Below, piece after piece: positions 55,304 through 64,000 of a DNA stretch of 64,000 nt (positions within the stretch are counted from its first letter, which is position 1; every line of letters starts with the position of its first letter). This stretch comes from Acidimicrobiales bacterium (GTDB lineage: Bacteria > Actinomycetota > Acidimicrobiia > Acidimicrobiales > CATQHL01). Both the position numbers and the translations under genes were made by a program. A model generated the notes under the pieces. The model made no database searches. It was not told the origin of the DNA and saw only the letters and a list, made by a program, of their open reading frames with translations. The stretch is from positions 775,857 through 839,856 of the forward strand of contig CBDCSG010000008.1 in NCBI GenBank assembly GCA_965221525.1, given 5' to 3'.

Positions 55304-55420
55304 CGGCGCCTGCCACTGCGAGAGGTTTCACGGGGCATCGGTGACGGCGCCCGCCACTGGAGACCCGCTCCGGGGCATCGTTGATAGCGCCCGTCACTGG
55401 AGACCTGCTTCGGGGACTGT
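55201..55420. repeat. Tandem repeat, ~5 copies of a 41-bp unit
   Basis: Units GGT(C/T)TCACGGGGCA(C/T)CGGTGACGGCG(C/T)C(C/T)GCCACTGCGAGA start at 55201, 55242, 55283 and 55324, then degenerate copies follow. Confidence 0.9.
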
Positions 55421-55448
55421 CACCGTCCTCGGAGGCTGGGGCCGAACT

Positions 55449-58400
55449 ATGGTCGCAACCCTGGACGCTGAACCTGCTGCTACTACCGCTGCTGCCGCCT
55501 CTGCCGCTGCCGCTGCCGCTGCCGACACGGCACGGCGGCCGATTCGGAAGTTGCTCGTCGCCAACCGCGGCGAGATCGCGATTCGCGTCTTCAGGGCGGC
55601 GACGGAGATGGGGATCGCCACGGTTGCGGTGCACACCCGGGCCGACATCGGGAGCCTGCACCGCTCCAAGGCCGACGAGGCCTACGAGATCGGGGAGGAG
55701 CAGTACCCGCTCCGGCCCTACCTGGACATCGACACCATCGTCGGGGCGGCGCTGGCCTGTGGCGCCGACGCGGTGCATCCGGGCTACGGGTTCCTGTCCG
55801 AGAGCGCTGCGCTCGCCCGGGCGTGCAAGGAGGCGTCGCTGACGTTCGTCGGGCCGACGCCGGACGTGCTGGAGTTGGCAGGTTCGAAGATCCAGGCGTG
55901 GGCTGCGGCGGCCGCGGCCGGGGTGCCGACGCTGGCGCAATCACCGGTGCTGGCGTCGGACGACGATGCCGCCGGCAGGGCCGCCGAGTGGGCCGCGGAC
56001 ATCGGCTTCCCGCTGTTCGTGAAGGCGGTCTCCGGTGGCGGGGGGCGGGGGATGCGGCGTATCGAGCATGCCGACGACCTCGCCGATGCCGTCGACGCGG
56101 CCCGGCGCGAGGCGGCATCGGCCTTCGGCGACGACTCCGTCTTCCTGGAGGAGGCGCTGTCGGACGTCCGCCACATCGAGGTGCAGATCATCGGCGACCG
56201 CACCGGCGACGTCATCCACCTCTACGAGCGGGACTGCTCGGTGCAGCGGCGCTTCCAGAAGGTGATCGAATCGGCGCCGGCCCGCGACCTCGACCCCGAG
56301 GTCCGCCAAGGGCTGCTGCGCGACGCCGTGGCCTTCGCCCGGTCCACCGGCTACATGAGCGCCGGCACGGTCGAATTCCTCGTCGACCGGTCCGGTCGTT
56401 ACGTGTTCATCGAGATGAACCCCCGCATCCAGGTGGAGCACACCATCACCGAGGAGATCACCGGGGCGGACATCGTGGCCACCCAGCTGCAGCTCGCCGG
56501 CGGCGCCACGCTCGAGGAACTCGGCCTTCGCCAGGAGCGCATCAGCGTCGACGGCTACGCCATCCAGACGCGGGTCACCGCCGAGGATCCCCGCAACGAC
56601 TTCCGGCCCGACACCGGGCGGGTGCGGGTCTACCGCACCCCCGGCGGGGCGGGAGTGCGCGTCGACGACGCCGTCTACGTCGGCGCCGAGATCACGCCCT
56701 ACTTCGACTCGCTGCTGGCCAAGGTCACGTGCCGGGGACCCGACTTCGACACCGCCAGGCGGCGGGCCCTCCGGGCGGTCGCCGAGCTGCGCGTCCGTGG
56801 CCTGGTCACGAATCGCTCCTTCGTCCGGGCCGTACTGGCTGACCCGGAGTTCTGCGCCGGTCCCGTGTCGACCGCATTCGTCGACTCCCGACCCGACCTC
56901 ACGACGGTCGCACGCAGCGCCAACCGGGCGACCCGGCTGCTGACCTACCTGGCGGAGGTGTCGGTGAACCGGCCCCACGGCCCGGTGCCCGCCCTCGCCG
57001 ACCCGGCCACCAAGCTGCCGCCAGTGCCACGGGCGCAGCCGCCGGCCGGAAGCCGCCAGCGCCTCGCCGAACTGGGCCCCGAGGGCTTCGCCCGCTGGAT
57101 GCGCGATACCCCCGAGGTGCTGGTGACCGACACGACGCTGCGCGACGCCCACCAGTCGATCCTGGCGACCCGGGTGCGGACCATCGACCTGGTGGCGGGA
57201 GCGCGGCGCCACGCCCACGGCATGCCGCAACTGCTGAGCATGGAGTGCTGGGGCGGGGCGACCTACGACGTGGCACTGCGGTTCCTGCACGAGGACCCGT
57301 GGGAGCGCCTCGAACGCATAAGCGAATCCGTCCCGAACGTCTGCCTGCAGATGCTGCTGCGGGGCCGCAACACCGTCGGATACGCCCCCTACTCCGACGT
57401 GGTGTGCGAGCGGTTCGTGGCCGAGGCCCGCCGCGGCGGCGTCGACGTCTTCCGCATCTTCGACGCCCTCAACGACGTCGGCCAGATGGTGCCCGCCATC
57501 CGGGCGACCCGCGAGGTGGGCGGGCTCGTTGAGGGGACGCTCTGCTACTCCGGCGACCTCGCCAACCCCGGCGAGCAGCTCTACACGCTCGACTACTACC
57601 TGGGGCTGGCCGAGGAACTCGTCGCCGCCGGGTCGCACGTTCTGGCCATCAAGGACATGGCGGGGCTGCTGCGAGCGCCGGCGGCGTCCGTCCTGGTGGG
57701 CGCTCTGCGGGAGCGCTTCGACACCCCCGTGCACCTGCACACCCACGACACCGCCGGCGGCCAGATCGGCACTTACCTGGCCGCCATCGAGGCCGGGGTG
57801 GACGCCATCGACGGCGCCGTCCCGTCGCTGGCGGGAATGACCAGCCAACCGTCACTCGGCGCCATCGTCGCGCTCACCGACGGCGGTCCCCGCGAGACCG
57901 GGCTGCCGACGGCGGCCATCAGCGCCCTTGAGCCCTACTGGGAGTTGGTGCGCCGCCTCAACGCCCCGTTCGACGCCGGGCTGCTGTCACCCACCAACGC
58001 CGTGTACCACCACGAGATCCCCGGCGGGCAGCTCTCCAACCTGCGCTTCCAGGCCTCGGCGCTGGGCCTCGCCGACCGCTTCGAGGAGGTCGCCGAGCTC
58101 TACGCCGCCTGCAACAAGATCCTGGGCCGACCCCCGAAGGTGACGCCGAGCTCCAAGGTGGTGGGCGACCTGGCCCTGCACCTGGTGTCGACAGGCGTCA
58201 CGCCAGCCCAACTCGAGCAGCACCCCGAGGACGTCGACCTTCCCGCCTCGGTGGTGTCGTTCCTGCAGGGCGCCCTGGGTGTGCCGCCGGGCGGGTTCCC
58301 CGAGCCGTTCCGCACCGCCGCTCTGGCCGGGCGGCCCGCCAGCGCGCCGCCGCCGGGCCTGAGTGCCGCCCAGGAGCAGGCGCTGGACTCCGGCGACGCC

Positions 58401-58958
58401 CGGGCGACGCTGTCGGCGCTGCTGTTCCCCGAGCCCGCCCGCTCGCAGGCGACCATGACCGACCGCCACGGCGACCTGTCGGTGCTCGGCACCAAGGAGT
58501 TCTGGTACGGCCTGGAGGAGGGCGCCGAGGACATCCTCGTGGAGTTGGGCCCGGGCCAGCGGATCAGCGTCGGCATCGAAGCCATCAGCGAGGTGGACGA
58601 GGCGGGGTTCAGTTCGATCATTTTCCGCCTCAACGGCGAGCTGCGCCCCATCAGCGCCCGCCTGCGGGACTCCACCCTGCCCAGCGCAGGGGCCGAGCAG
58701 GCCGACACCGGGAATCCGGGCCACGTGGGGGCGCCGTTCCGGGGCGTCGCCGAGTTGTACGTGACCGCCGGCGACTCCGTCACCAAGGGTCAGGCGGTCG
58801 CCACGATCGAGGCCATGAAGATGGAGACCCGCGTCACCGCCCCCATCGCCGGCACGGTGGGACGGGTCTGCATCGAGGGATCCTCTGCGGTTGAGGCCGG
58901 CGACCTGCTGCTGGAGATCGTGCAGGGCGTGCCGACGCCGCCGGGAGAGGATGGCTAG
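55449..58958 (+). CDS. pyc: Pyruvate carboxylase
   Basis: Biotin carboxylase N-terminus IRKLLVANRGEIAIRVFRA, a carboxyltransferase domain, and a C-terminal biotinyl motif EAMKME. ~1170 aa from ATG 55449. Confidence 0.85.
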   Translation: MVATLDAEPAATTAAAASAAAAAAADTARRPIRKLLVANRGEIAIRVFRAATEMGIATVAVHTRADIGSLHRSKADEAYEIGEEQYPLRPYLDIDTIVGAALACGADAVHPGYGFLSESAALARACKEASLTFVGPTPDVLELAGSKIQAWAAAAAAGVPTLAQSPVLASDDDAAGRAAEWAADIGFPLFVKAVSGGGGRGMRRIEHADDLADAVDAARREAASAFGDDSVFLEEALSDVRHIEVQIIGDRTGDVIHLYERDCSVQRRFQKVIESAPARDLDPEVRQGLLRDAVAFARSTGYMSAGTVEFLVDRSGRYVFIEMNPRIQVEHTITEEITGADIVATQLQLAGGATLEELGLRQERISVDGYAIQTRVTAEDPRNDFRPDTGRVRVYRTPGGAGVRVDDAVYVGAEITPYFDSLLAKVTCRGPDFDTARRRALRAVAELRVRGLVTNRSFVRAVLADPEFCAGPVSTAFVDSRPDLTTVARSANRATRLLTYLAEVSVNRPHGPVPALADPATKLPPVPRAQPPAGSRQRLAELGPEGFARWMRDTPEVLVTDTTLRDAHQSILATRVRTIDLVAGARRHAHGMPQLLSMECWGGATYDVALRFLHEDPWERLERISESVPNVCLQMLLRGRNTVGYAPYSDVVCERFVAEARRGGVDVFRIFDALNDVGQMVPAIRATREVGGLVEGTLCYSGDLANPGEQLYTLDYYLGLAEELVAAGSHVLAIKDMAGLLRAPAASVLVGALRERFDTPVHLHTHDTAGGQIGTYLAAIEAGVDAIDGAVPSLAGMTSQPSLGAIVALTDGGPRETGLPTAAISALEPYWELVRRLNAPFDAGLLSPTNAVYHHEIPGGQLSNLRFQASALGLADRFEEVAELYAACNKILGRPPKVTPSSKVVGDLALHLVSTGVTPAQLEQHPEDVDLPASVVSFLQGALGVPPGGFPEPFRTAALAGRPASAPPPGLSAAQEQALDSGDARATLSALLFPEPARSQATMTDRHGDLSVLGTKEFWYGLEEGAEDILVELGPGQRISVGIEAISEVDEAGFSSIIFRLNGELRPISARLRDSTLPSAGAEQADTGNPGHVGAPFRGVAELYVTAGDSVTKGQAVATIEAMKMETRVTAPIAGTVGRVCIEGSSAVEAGDLLLEIVQGVPTPPGEDG

Positions 58959-59037
58959 CCAGGCCGCGGGCGGGCTGCACTGGCGGCCGGCGATGTCTCA
59001 ACCGGTGCCGTCAGGGGAAGACGGCTAGCGGCGCGGT

Positions 59038-60846
59038 CTAGCCGGCGTGCTCGGCGACGAGGTCGACCAGTTGGCTGCCGAGCCGGTCGAGCCGTGAGGC
59101 GCCCAGGTCGGTGATGATGCCCAGCTCGGCGACCGTGGCCGGGCGGTTCTCGGCGATGGCTGCGACGTCGCGGTCACTCAGCACCGCCGCCGGCTCGACG
59201 CGAGCCACTCGCGCCGCCTGGTCGCGCCACTCCTGGAGCGCAACGACCAGCGGGTCGGGCGGATCGGTCATGGCGGGCGGGCGCCGGCCCGCCGGGCGAG
59301 CCCCCGGATTGCGGGGCCCCTGACGGCTGTCCGCCTCGGCCACCTCGTCGAGCGCGGCGAGCCAGCGGCACGGCCTCCGCTCGGTGGGCTGCCCGGAGAT
59401 GTGTCGCTCGCGTGCCCAGCTGAGCTGCAGCCGGTGGCGCGCCCGGGTCAGCGCCACGTACAGCAGCCGCCGCTCCTCGTCGAGCGCGGGACCCCGGTCG
59501 GCGCCGGCGACGGGGACGAGGCCCTCCTCGAGGCCCGCCACGTGCACCACGGGCCATTCGAGTCCCTTGGCGGCGTGCATCGTGGACACGCAGACCGAGT
59601 CGTCGGGGTCGGATTCTGCAGCGGCGTCGGGGTCGGCGGCACGAGCCGGCACCCCGGCGGCCCGCAACGCCTCGAGGATCTCGGCGACCTGCCGCCGGGT
59701 CCGCACCAGCACGGCCTGGTTGGCCCAGCGGTCCCCGGGGGACCGGGCACGGCGCGCCGCCGCGGCGATCCCCGCGGCCTCGGCGGCGGCGTCGGGGTAT
59801 TCGACGACGAGGGGGGGAAGTTCGGCGAAGGGGCCCAGGTCGAAGCCGGTTGGGGCGCCGGCCGCGTTCCCGGCTGCCGTCGCCGGCGCGCCGCCTTCCC
59901 GCAACACGCCGGAAAGGGCGATGATCCCGGAGTTGCAGCGGTAGTTGTGACCGAGGTCGACGACGGTGCCGCCGGCGAAGAGCGCTGCGAAACCCTCGAG
60001 GATCCGCGCGTCGGCGCCGCCCCAGCCGAAGATGGCCTGGTCCGGGTCGCCCACGGCGCACAGGTCCGAGCGGTCGCCGAGCCAGGCGCGCAGCAGGCGG
60101 AGCTGTGCAGGTGTGAGGTCCTGCAGTTCGTCGACGAAGAAGTGGCGGCGACTCCAGCGCCAGGCCTCGGCGACCGCGGCGTCGCTCTCGAGCCGTTCGG
60201 CGGCCAGCCGCAACAGGTCGCCGAAGTCCACGACGCCGAGGCGCCGCTTGGTGGCCGCGTAGCGAGCCATCACATCCGCCAGGCGCCCCGGTGCGAGCGG
60301 CGTCCGGCGACCGGCCTCCGAAGCCGCCGCCGGGTAGTCGGCCGGTGCGATGCTGCGCGCCGCACACCAGTCCAGCTCGGCCTCGATGGCTCGGCGCGAC
60401 TCGTTCGGCGTCAGGAGTCCCTCGAGCAGGCGCGACCGATCACCGAGGATGTCGGGCGGCGCCCGGCCGTCGTCCTCGGCGTGGCGCCGCAACTGCCGGG
60501 CCGCCAGGCCGTGGAAGGTGCCCACCGCGATGCGGTCACGGATGCCGAGCTCGGCCAGGCGCTCGCGCAGTTCGGCGGCGGCCCGCTGCGTGAACGTGAC
60601 CGCGACGCAGAACCTGGCCTCGCACTCGCCGGTGGCGATGCGGTAGGCGATGCGCCGGGTCAGCACCCGGGTCTTGCCGCTGCCCGGCCCCGCCCGGATG
60701 CACAACGGCGCCGCCGGCGACGTCACTGCCAGCCGCTGCGCCTCGTCGAGGTCGGCCAGCAGGTGGGCGACGGAGTCGTCGTCCGCCAAGGCGCCGGAGT
60801 CCCCGGCGCCGGGATCATCGAGTCCGGGAAGAGGGCTGCCCGTCAC
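59038..60846 (-). CDS. UvrD/Rep-family helicase with HRDC-like C-terminus
   Basis: AGPGSGKTRVL, FFVDELQDLTP, VGDPDQAIFGWGG, STMHAAKGLEWPVV, LYVALTRAR, and a C-terminal ...LQEWRDQAARVARVEPAAVLSDRDVAAIA. Confidence 0.75.
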   Translation of the reverse strand: MTGSPLPGLDDPGAGDSGALADDDSVAHLLADLDEAQRLAVTSPAAPLCIRAGPGSGKTRVLTRRIAYRIATGECEARFCVAVTFTQRAAAELRERLAELGIRDRIAVGTFHGLAARQLRRHAEDDGRAPPDILGDRSRLLEGLLTPNESRRAIEAELDWCAARSIAPADYPAAASEAGRRTPLAPGRLADVMARYAATKRRLGVVDFGDLLRLAAERLESDAAVAEAWRWSRRHFFVDELQDLTPAQLRLLRAWLGDRSDLCAVGDPDQAIFGWGGADARILEGFAALFAGGTVVDLGHNYRCNSGIIALSGVLREGGAPATAAGNAAGAPTGFDLGPFAELPPLVVEYPDAAAEAAGIAAAARRARSPGDRWANQAVLVRTRRQVAEILEALRAAGVPARAADPDAAAESDPDDSVCVSTMHAAKGLEWPVVHVAGLEEGLVPVAGADRGPALDEERRLLYVALTRARHRLQLSWARERHISGQPTERRPCRWLAALDEVAEADSRQGPRNPGARPAGRRPPAMTDPPDPLVVALQEWRDQAARVARVEPAAVLSDRDVAAIAENRPATVAELGIITDLGASRLDRLGSQLVDLVAEHAG

Positions 60847-60934
60847 AGTGGCCGAGGCTACCGAGGCGCTGCGACACGTTCCCGGCGAAGCCGCGGTGGT
60901 GGCGGCGGTCGGGTGCCGGGCCCTGGATCCCGGC

Positions 60935-61030
60935 CTTCGCCGGGATGACAGTGGGGGGGATGACGGTGGGGGGATGACGGTAGGGGGATGACGGTAGGGG
61001 GATGACGGTAGGGGGATGACGGTAGGGGGA
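60935..61030. repeat. Tandem repeat, ~6 copies of a 14-bp unit GGGGGATGACGGTA
   Basis: Direct reading. Divergent intergenic region between the helicase and lhgO-like genes. Confidence 0.9.
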
Positions 61031-61204
61031 GACCGGGGTGGGGCCTGTGCCGGGGCGGCCTGGCGCGCCCGGGCAGTCGTCGCAGGAGGCGCCGAGTGGG
61101 CGGAGACCGGGGCGGGGCCTGTGCCGGGGCGGCGGGGTGACGCGTTGGCGGGGTTAGGTTCGTATGGCGATGTTGGTGGCAGTGAGTTGTCGGGCGCTCG
61201 GATC

Positions 61205-62398
61205 GTGACCGAGGTCTATGACGTGGCCATGATCGGGGGCGGCATCGTCGGCTTGGCGACGGCTCGGGCGGTTGCCGCCCGGCTGCCGGGCGTTGCCCTC
61301 ACCGTCATCGAGAAGGAGTCCGAGCCTGCCACCCACCAGACGGGCCACAACAGCGGCGTGTTGCACACGGGCATCTACTACACGCCCGGCTCGCTGCGGG
61401 CGAGGCTCTGCGTGCAGGGCCACCGTGCCATGGCCGAGTTCTGCCGCCACGAGGGACTGCCGCTGCGGGACGGCGGCAAGATCATCGTCGCCACCACCGA
61501 GGCGCAACTGCCGCGCCTGGAGGAGCTGCACCGGCGCGGCGGCCTCAATGGCGTGCGCGGCCTGCGGCGCCTCGACGGCGACGGGTTGCGCGAACTCGAA
61601 CCGCACGCCCGCGGAGTCGCCGCGCTCCACGTTCCCGAGGCCGCCTCGGCGGACTTCGCCGCCGTGGCTCGGCGCATCGCCAGGGACCTGCCCGGCGACC
61701 TGCGCACCGGCGCTCCCGTCGAGGCGGTCGAGGTGGGTGAGCGGGTCCGGCTGCATGCCGGCGGCGGGAGCGTCGATGCCCGCCTGGTCGTCAACTGCGC
61801 CGGCCTGCACTCCGACCGGGTGGCCCGCCTGGCCGGCGCCACGCCGGAGGTGCGGATCGTGCCGTTCAGGGGCGAGTACTACCGGCTCGGTGACGACGCC
61901 GCCTCGCTGGTGCGGTCGCTGATCTACCCGGTCCCCGACCCAGCCTTCCCGTTCCTGGGCGTGCACTTCACCCGCCGGGTGGACGGCACCGTCGAGGTGG
62001 GTCCCAACGCCGTCCTGGCCCTGGGGCGCGAGCACTACCGGGGCGCCCGCCCCAACGTCGCCGACATCGCCGAGATGCTGCGCTTCGGCGGCTTCTGGCG
62101 CCTCGCCGGCCGCCACTGGCGGGCCGGAAGCGCAGAACTCTGGCGCTCGCGGATCCGGCGGGTCTACGCCCGCTCGGCCCGGGCGCTGGTGCCGGAGGTA
62201 ACCGGGGCCGACCTGCTACCCGGCGGGGCCGGCGTGCGAGCCCAGGCGGTCGGCGCCGACGGCCGGCTCGTCGACGACTTCGTCATCCAGGAATCACCCG
62301 GTTTCGTTCACGTGCTCAACGCACCCTCGCCGGCAGCGACGGCCTCCCTCGCCATCGGCGAGCACGTAGCCGACCTGGTGGTGGGCCGTCTCGGCTAG
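61205..62398 (+). CDS. lhgO: L-2-hydroxyglutarate oxidase-like FAD-dependent oxidoreductase
   Basis: YDVAMIGGGIVGLATARAV, EKESEPATHQTGHNSGVLHTGIYYTPGSLRA. Start taken at GTG 61205. Confidence 0.65.
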   Translation: MTEVYDVAMIGGGIVGLATARAVAARLPGVALTVIEKESEPATHQTGHNSGVLHTGIYYTPGSLRARLCVQGHRAMAEFCRHEGLPLRDGGKIIVATTEAQLPRLEELHRRGGLNGVRGLRRLDGDGLRELEPHARGVAALHVPEAASADFAAVARRIARDLPGDLRTGAPVEAVEVGERVRLHAGGGSVDARLVVNCAGLHSDRVARLAGATPEVRIVPFRGEYYRLGDDAASLVRSLIYPVPDPAFPFLGVHFTRRVDGTVEVGPNAVLALGREHYRGARPNVADIAEMLRFGGFWRLAGRHWRAGSAELWRSRIRRVYARSARALVPEVTGADLLPGGAGVRAQAVGADGRLVDDFVIQESPGFVHVLNAPSPAATASLAIGEHVADLVVGRLG

Positions 62399-63525
62399 GG
62401 GCCGCCGCGCAGGTGGACGGCGACCTGGCCGATGTCGGCCTCGCCGAGTCCGGCCGCTGAGGCCTCGCGCAGCACGGCCCGGTTGGTCTCGGCCTGCGGC
62501 ATGGGAGCGCCGACGGCGTCGGCCAGCGCCAGCGTCAGGTCGAGGTCCTTGATGGCGAGGTCCAGGGCGAAGCTCACCGGGGTCTCCAGCGGCGCCTCGA
62601 AGGCCGCCCGGCGGTACTTCACCACCGGGGCGGCGATCGCCGAGGAGGCGAACACCTCGTAGGCCACCTCCCGGGGGACGCCGGCCCGCTCGGCCAGCAC
62701 CAGCGACTCGCCGACGGCCCCCATGATGGCGAAGAGCGCCGAGTTGACCGCCAGCTTGAGGGCGGCACCCGCGCCGGGCCCGCCCACGTGGAGGACACGG
62801 GCCGACATCGCATCCAGCACCGGTCCCGCCGCGGCGGCCGCATCGGCGTCGCCCGCCGTCATGACGAGCAGCGTGGCGGCCTCGGCGGCGGCCGTGCTGC
62901 CCGAGACGGGCGCCTCGACGAAGTGCCCGCCGGCCATCTCCACGGCCCGGCGTGCCCGCCGCGTGTGCTCGGGGCCGCTGGTGCCCATGTCCACGACGAT
63001 GTCCCCGGCCGACAGCCCGGCCACGATCCCGTCGGGGCCCTCGAGGAGGCTCCCCAGCGCCGGCCCGTCGGCGACCATCGTGACGATGACCGAAGCGGCC
63101 TCGGCCAACTCCCGCCCGGAGCCGGCCACCTTGGCGCCCGTCGATGCCGCGAACGACTCGGCCCGGGAGTGGGTCCTGTTGTGCACCGTGAGGTCGAAAC
63201 CGGCCGCCTGCAGGTTGGCGGCCATGAGCCGGCCCATGCGACCCAGGCCGGAGAATCCGACCCGCGTGGCAGGCCGATCGCCGGCTGCAGACGCACCGGC
63301 TGCGGACGGGTCCCCGGCTGCGGGCCGAACGCCGGTTACGGACGGATCGCCGGCTGCGGGCGGTCCGCTGGCTGGGGATGGATCGCCGGCTGCGGGCGGT
63401 CCGCTGGCTGGGGATGGATCGCCGGCTGCGGGCGGTCCGCTGGCTGGGGATGGGTCGCCGGCTGCGGGTGTGTCGTCGGCTGGGTCGCCCTCGACCTCGT
63501 CGGACGGTGTGATGGCATCGCTCAT
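62395..63525 (-). CDS. NAD(P)-dependent 3-hydroxyisobutyrate/6-phosphogluconate dehydrogenase-family oxidoreductase with a repeat-containing N-terminal tail
   Basis: GGAGG RBS then ATG 63525. VGFSGLGRMGRLMAANL Rossmann motif. No alternative start lies between the repeat and the Rossmann motif. Confidence 0.7.
   Translation of the reverse strand: MSDAITPSDEVEGDPADDTPAAGDPSPASGPPAAGDPSPASGPPAAGDPSPASGPPAAGDPSVTGVRPAAGDPSAAGASAAGDRPATRVGFSGLGRMGRLMAANLQAAGFDLTVHNRTHSRAESFAASTGAKVAGSGRELAEAASVIVTMVADGPALGSLLEGPDGIVAGLSAGDIVVDMGTSGPEHTRRARRAVEMAGGHFVEAPVSGSTAAAEAATLLVMTAGDADAAAAAGPVLDAMSARVLHVGGPGAGAALKLAVNSALFAIMGAVGESLVLAERAGVPREVAYEVFASSAIAAPVVKYRRAAFEAPLETPVSFALDLAIKDLDLTLALADAVGAPMPQAETNRAVLREASAAGLGEADIGQVAVHLRGGP
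63345..63465. repeat. In-frame 36-bp tandem repeat (~3.3 copies) encoding AAGDPSPASGPP
   Basis: GATCGCCGGCTGCGGGCGGTCCGCTGGCTGGGGATG repeated. Lies inside the 5-prime part of the dehydrogenase ORF. Confidence 0.9.
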
Positions 63526-63571
63526 GGGAGCCTCCGTGCTCTCTGGAGCTGGCAGGTGCGGATCGAACGCC

Positions 63572-64000
63572 TCAGCCCGTCACCGTGGGCCGGGGCGAGT
63601 CGATCCGCGGGTCGAACAGGGTCTTGATGGGCGTCGGGTCGCCGGCGGCCATCGGCGCCAGGCCACCGGTCACCAGATCTTCGAGCGGCAGCACCGACGG
63701 CGCCACCAGCCGCCACACGTCGCCGCCGGCCTCCAGCATCTCGACGGCGGGCCCGAAGTCGGCGCCGAAGGTGTGCGCCAGCGTGCCGATGAGTTCCTTC
63801 TCCCGCAGCGCCAGCGACCGCAGGTCGACGGCCACAGGCACCTCCTGCAGCCCCACCACGACGACCCGCCCGCCCGGACGCACGAGGTCGACGGCCTGGC
63901 GCACCATGTCCCCCACGCCGGTGCACTCGAAGACGACGCTGGGCGAGTCGCCCGCCGGCACATCGACCAGCGGCGAGTCGCCTGCCAGCACATCGGCCAA
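63572..64000 (-). CDS. Medium-chain (zinc-type) alcohol dehydrogenase family protein, C-terminal part; gene continues beyond the window
   Basis: ...FECTGVGDMVRQAVDLVRPGGRVVVVG... typical MDR cofactor-domain end. Confidence 0.6.
   Translation of the reverse strand: MADVLAGDSPLVDVPAGDSPSVVFECTGVGDMVRQAVDLVRPGGRVVVVGLQEVPVAVDLRSLALREKELIGTLAHTFGADFGPAVEMLEAGGDVWRLVAPSVLPLEDLVTGGLAPMAAGDPTPIKTLFDPRIDSPRPTVTG

Noticed and set aside
50781-63465. Whether any of the tandem arrays is a CRISPR array.
   Set aside because: All are head-to-tail repeats without unique spacers of comparable length, and no cas genes are nearby. The Cas4-like gene at 26204 is in a different context.

Overview
High-G+C bacterial chromosomal segment with Actinomycetota-like gene content; I cannot assign the taxon from sequence alone. 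Positions ~1-44 kb are a mosaic accessory region. It holds toxin-antitoxin modules (VapBC, AbiE-like, a RelA/SpoT toxSAS, and HigA/Phd/PIN fragments) and an AAA-ATPase + RloB pair. It also holds two HEPN-motif proteins flanking a DUF4365-HEAT giant, a Type ISP restriction-modification gene, and a three-gene operon encoding a TGT/DpdA-like fusion, a UvrD-like helicase and a Cas4-like nuclease. A ubiquitin-like/E2/JAB-E1 operon sits next to an XRE + ImmA/IrrE regulator pair and a NYN gene. The region also contains a decayed ISL3, kb-scale duplications and many gene fragments. Segments ~17.3-18.9 kb and ~20.5-31.5 kb are visibly less G+C-rich than their surroundings, which suggests horizontal acquisition. 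Positions ~44-64 kb are mostly housekeeping genes (AlaX-like, adenosine deaminase, psuG + PfkB kinase, pyruvate carboxylase, UvrD-like helicase, L-2-hydroxyglutarate oxidase, dehydrogenases). This part is interrupted by an intact IS256-family element and several unrelated minisatellite-like tandem repeats. The two observations I rank highest are these. (1) A 21-unit tetranucleotide microsatellite lies inside the Type ISP gene, followed by three diverged 116-nt copies of one coding module, one per reading frame, each closed by its own stop. (2) The low-G+C DUF6884/TGT-like + UvrD + 4Fe-4S-nuclease operon matches no named system that I recognise. All family assignments come from motif reading by eye, not from database searches.
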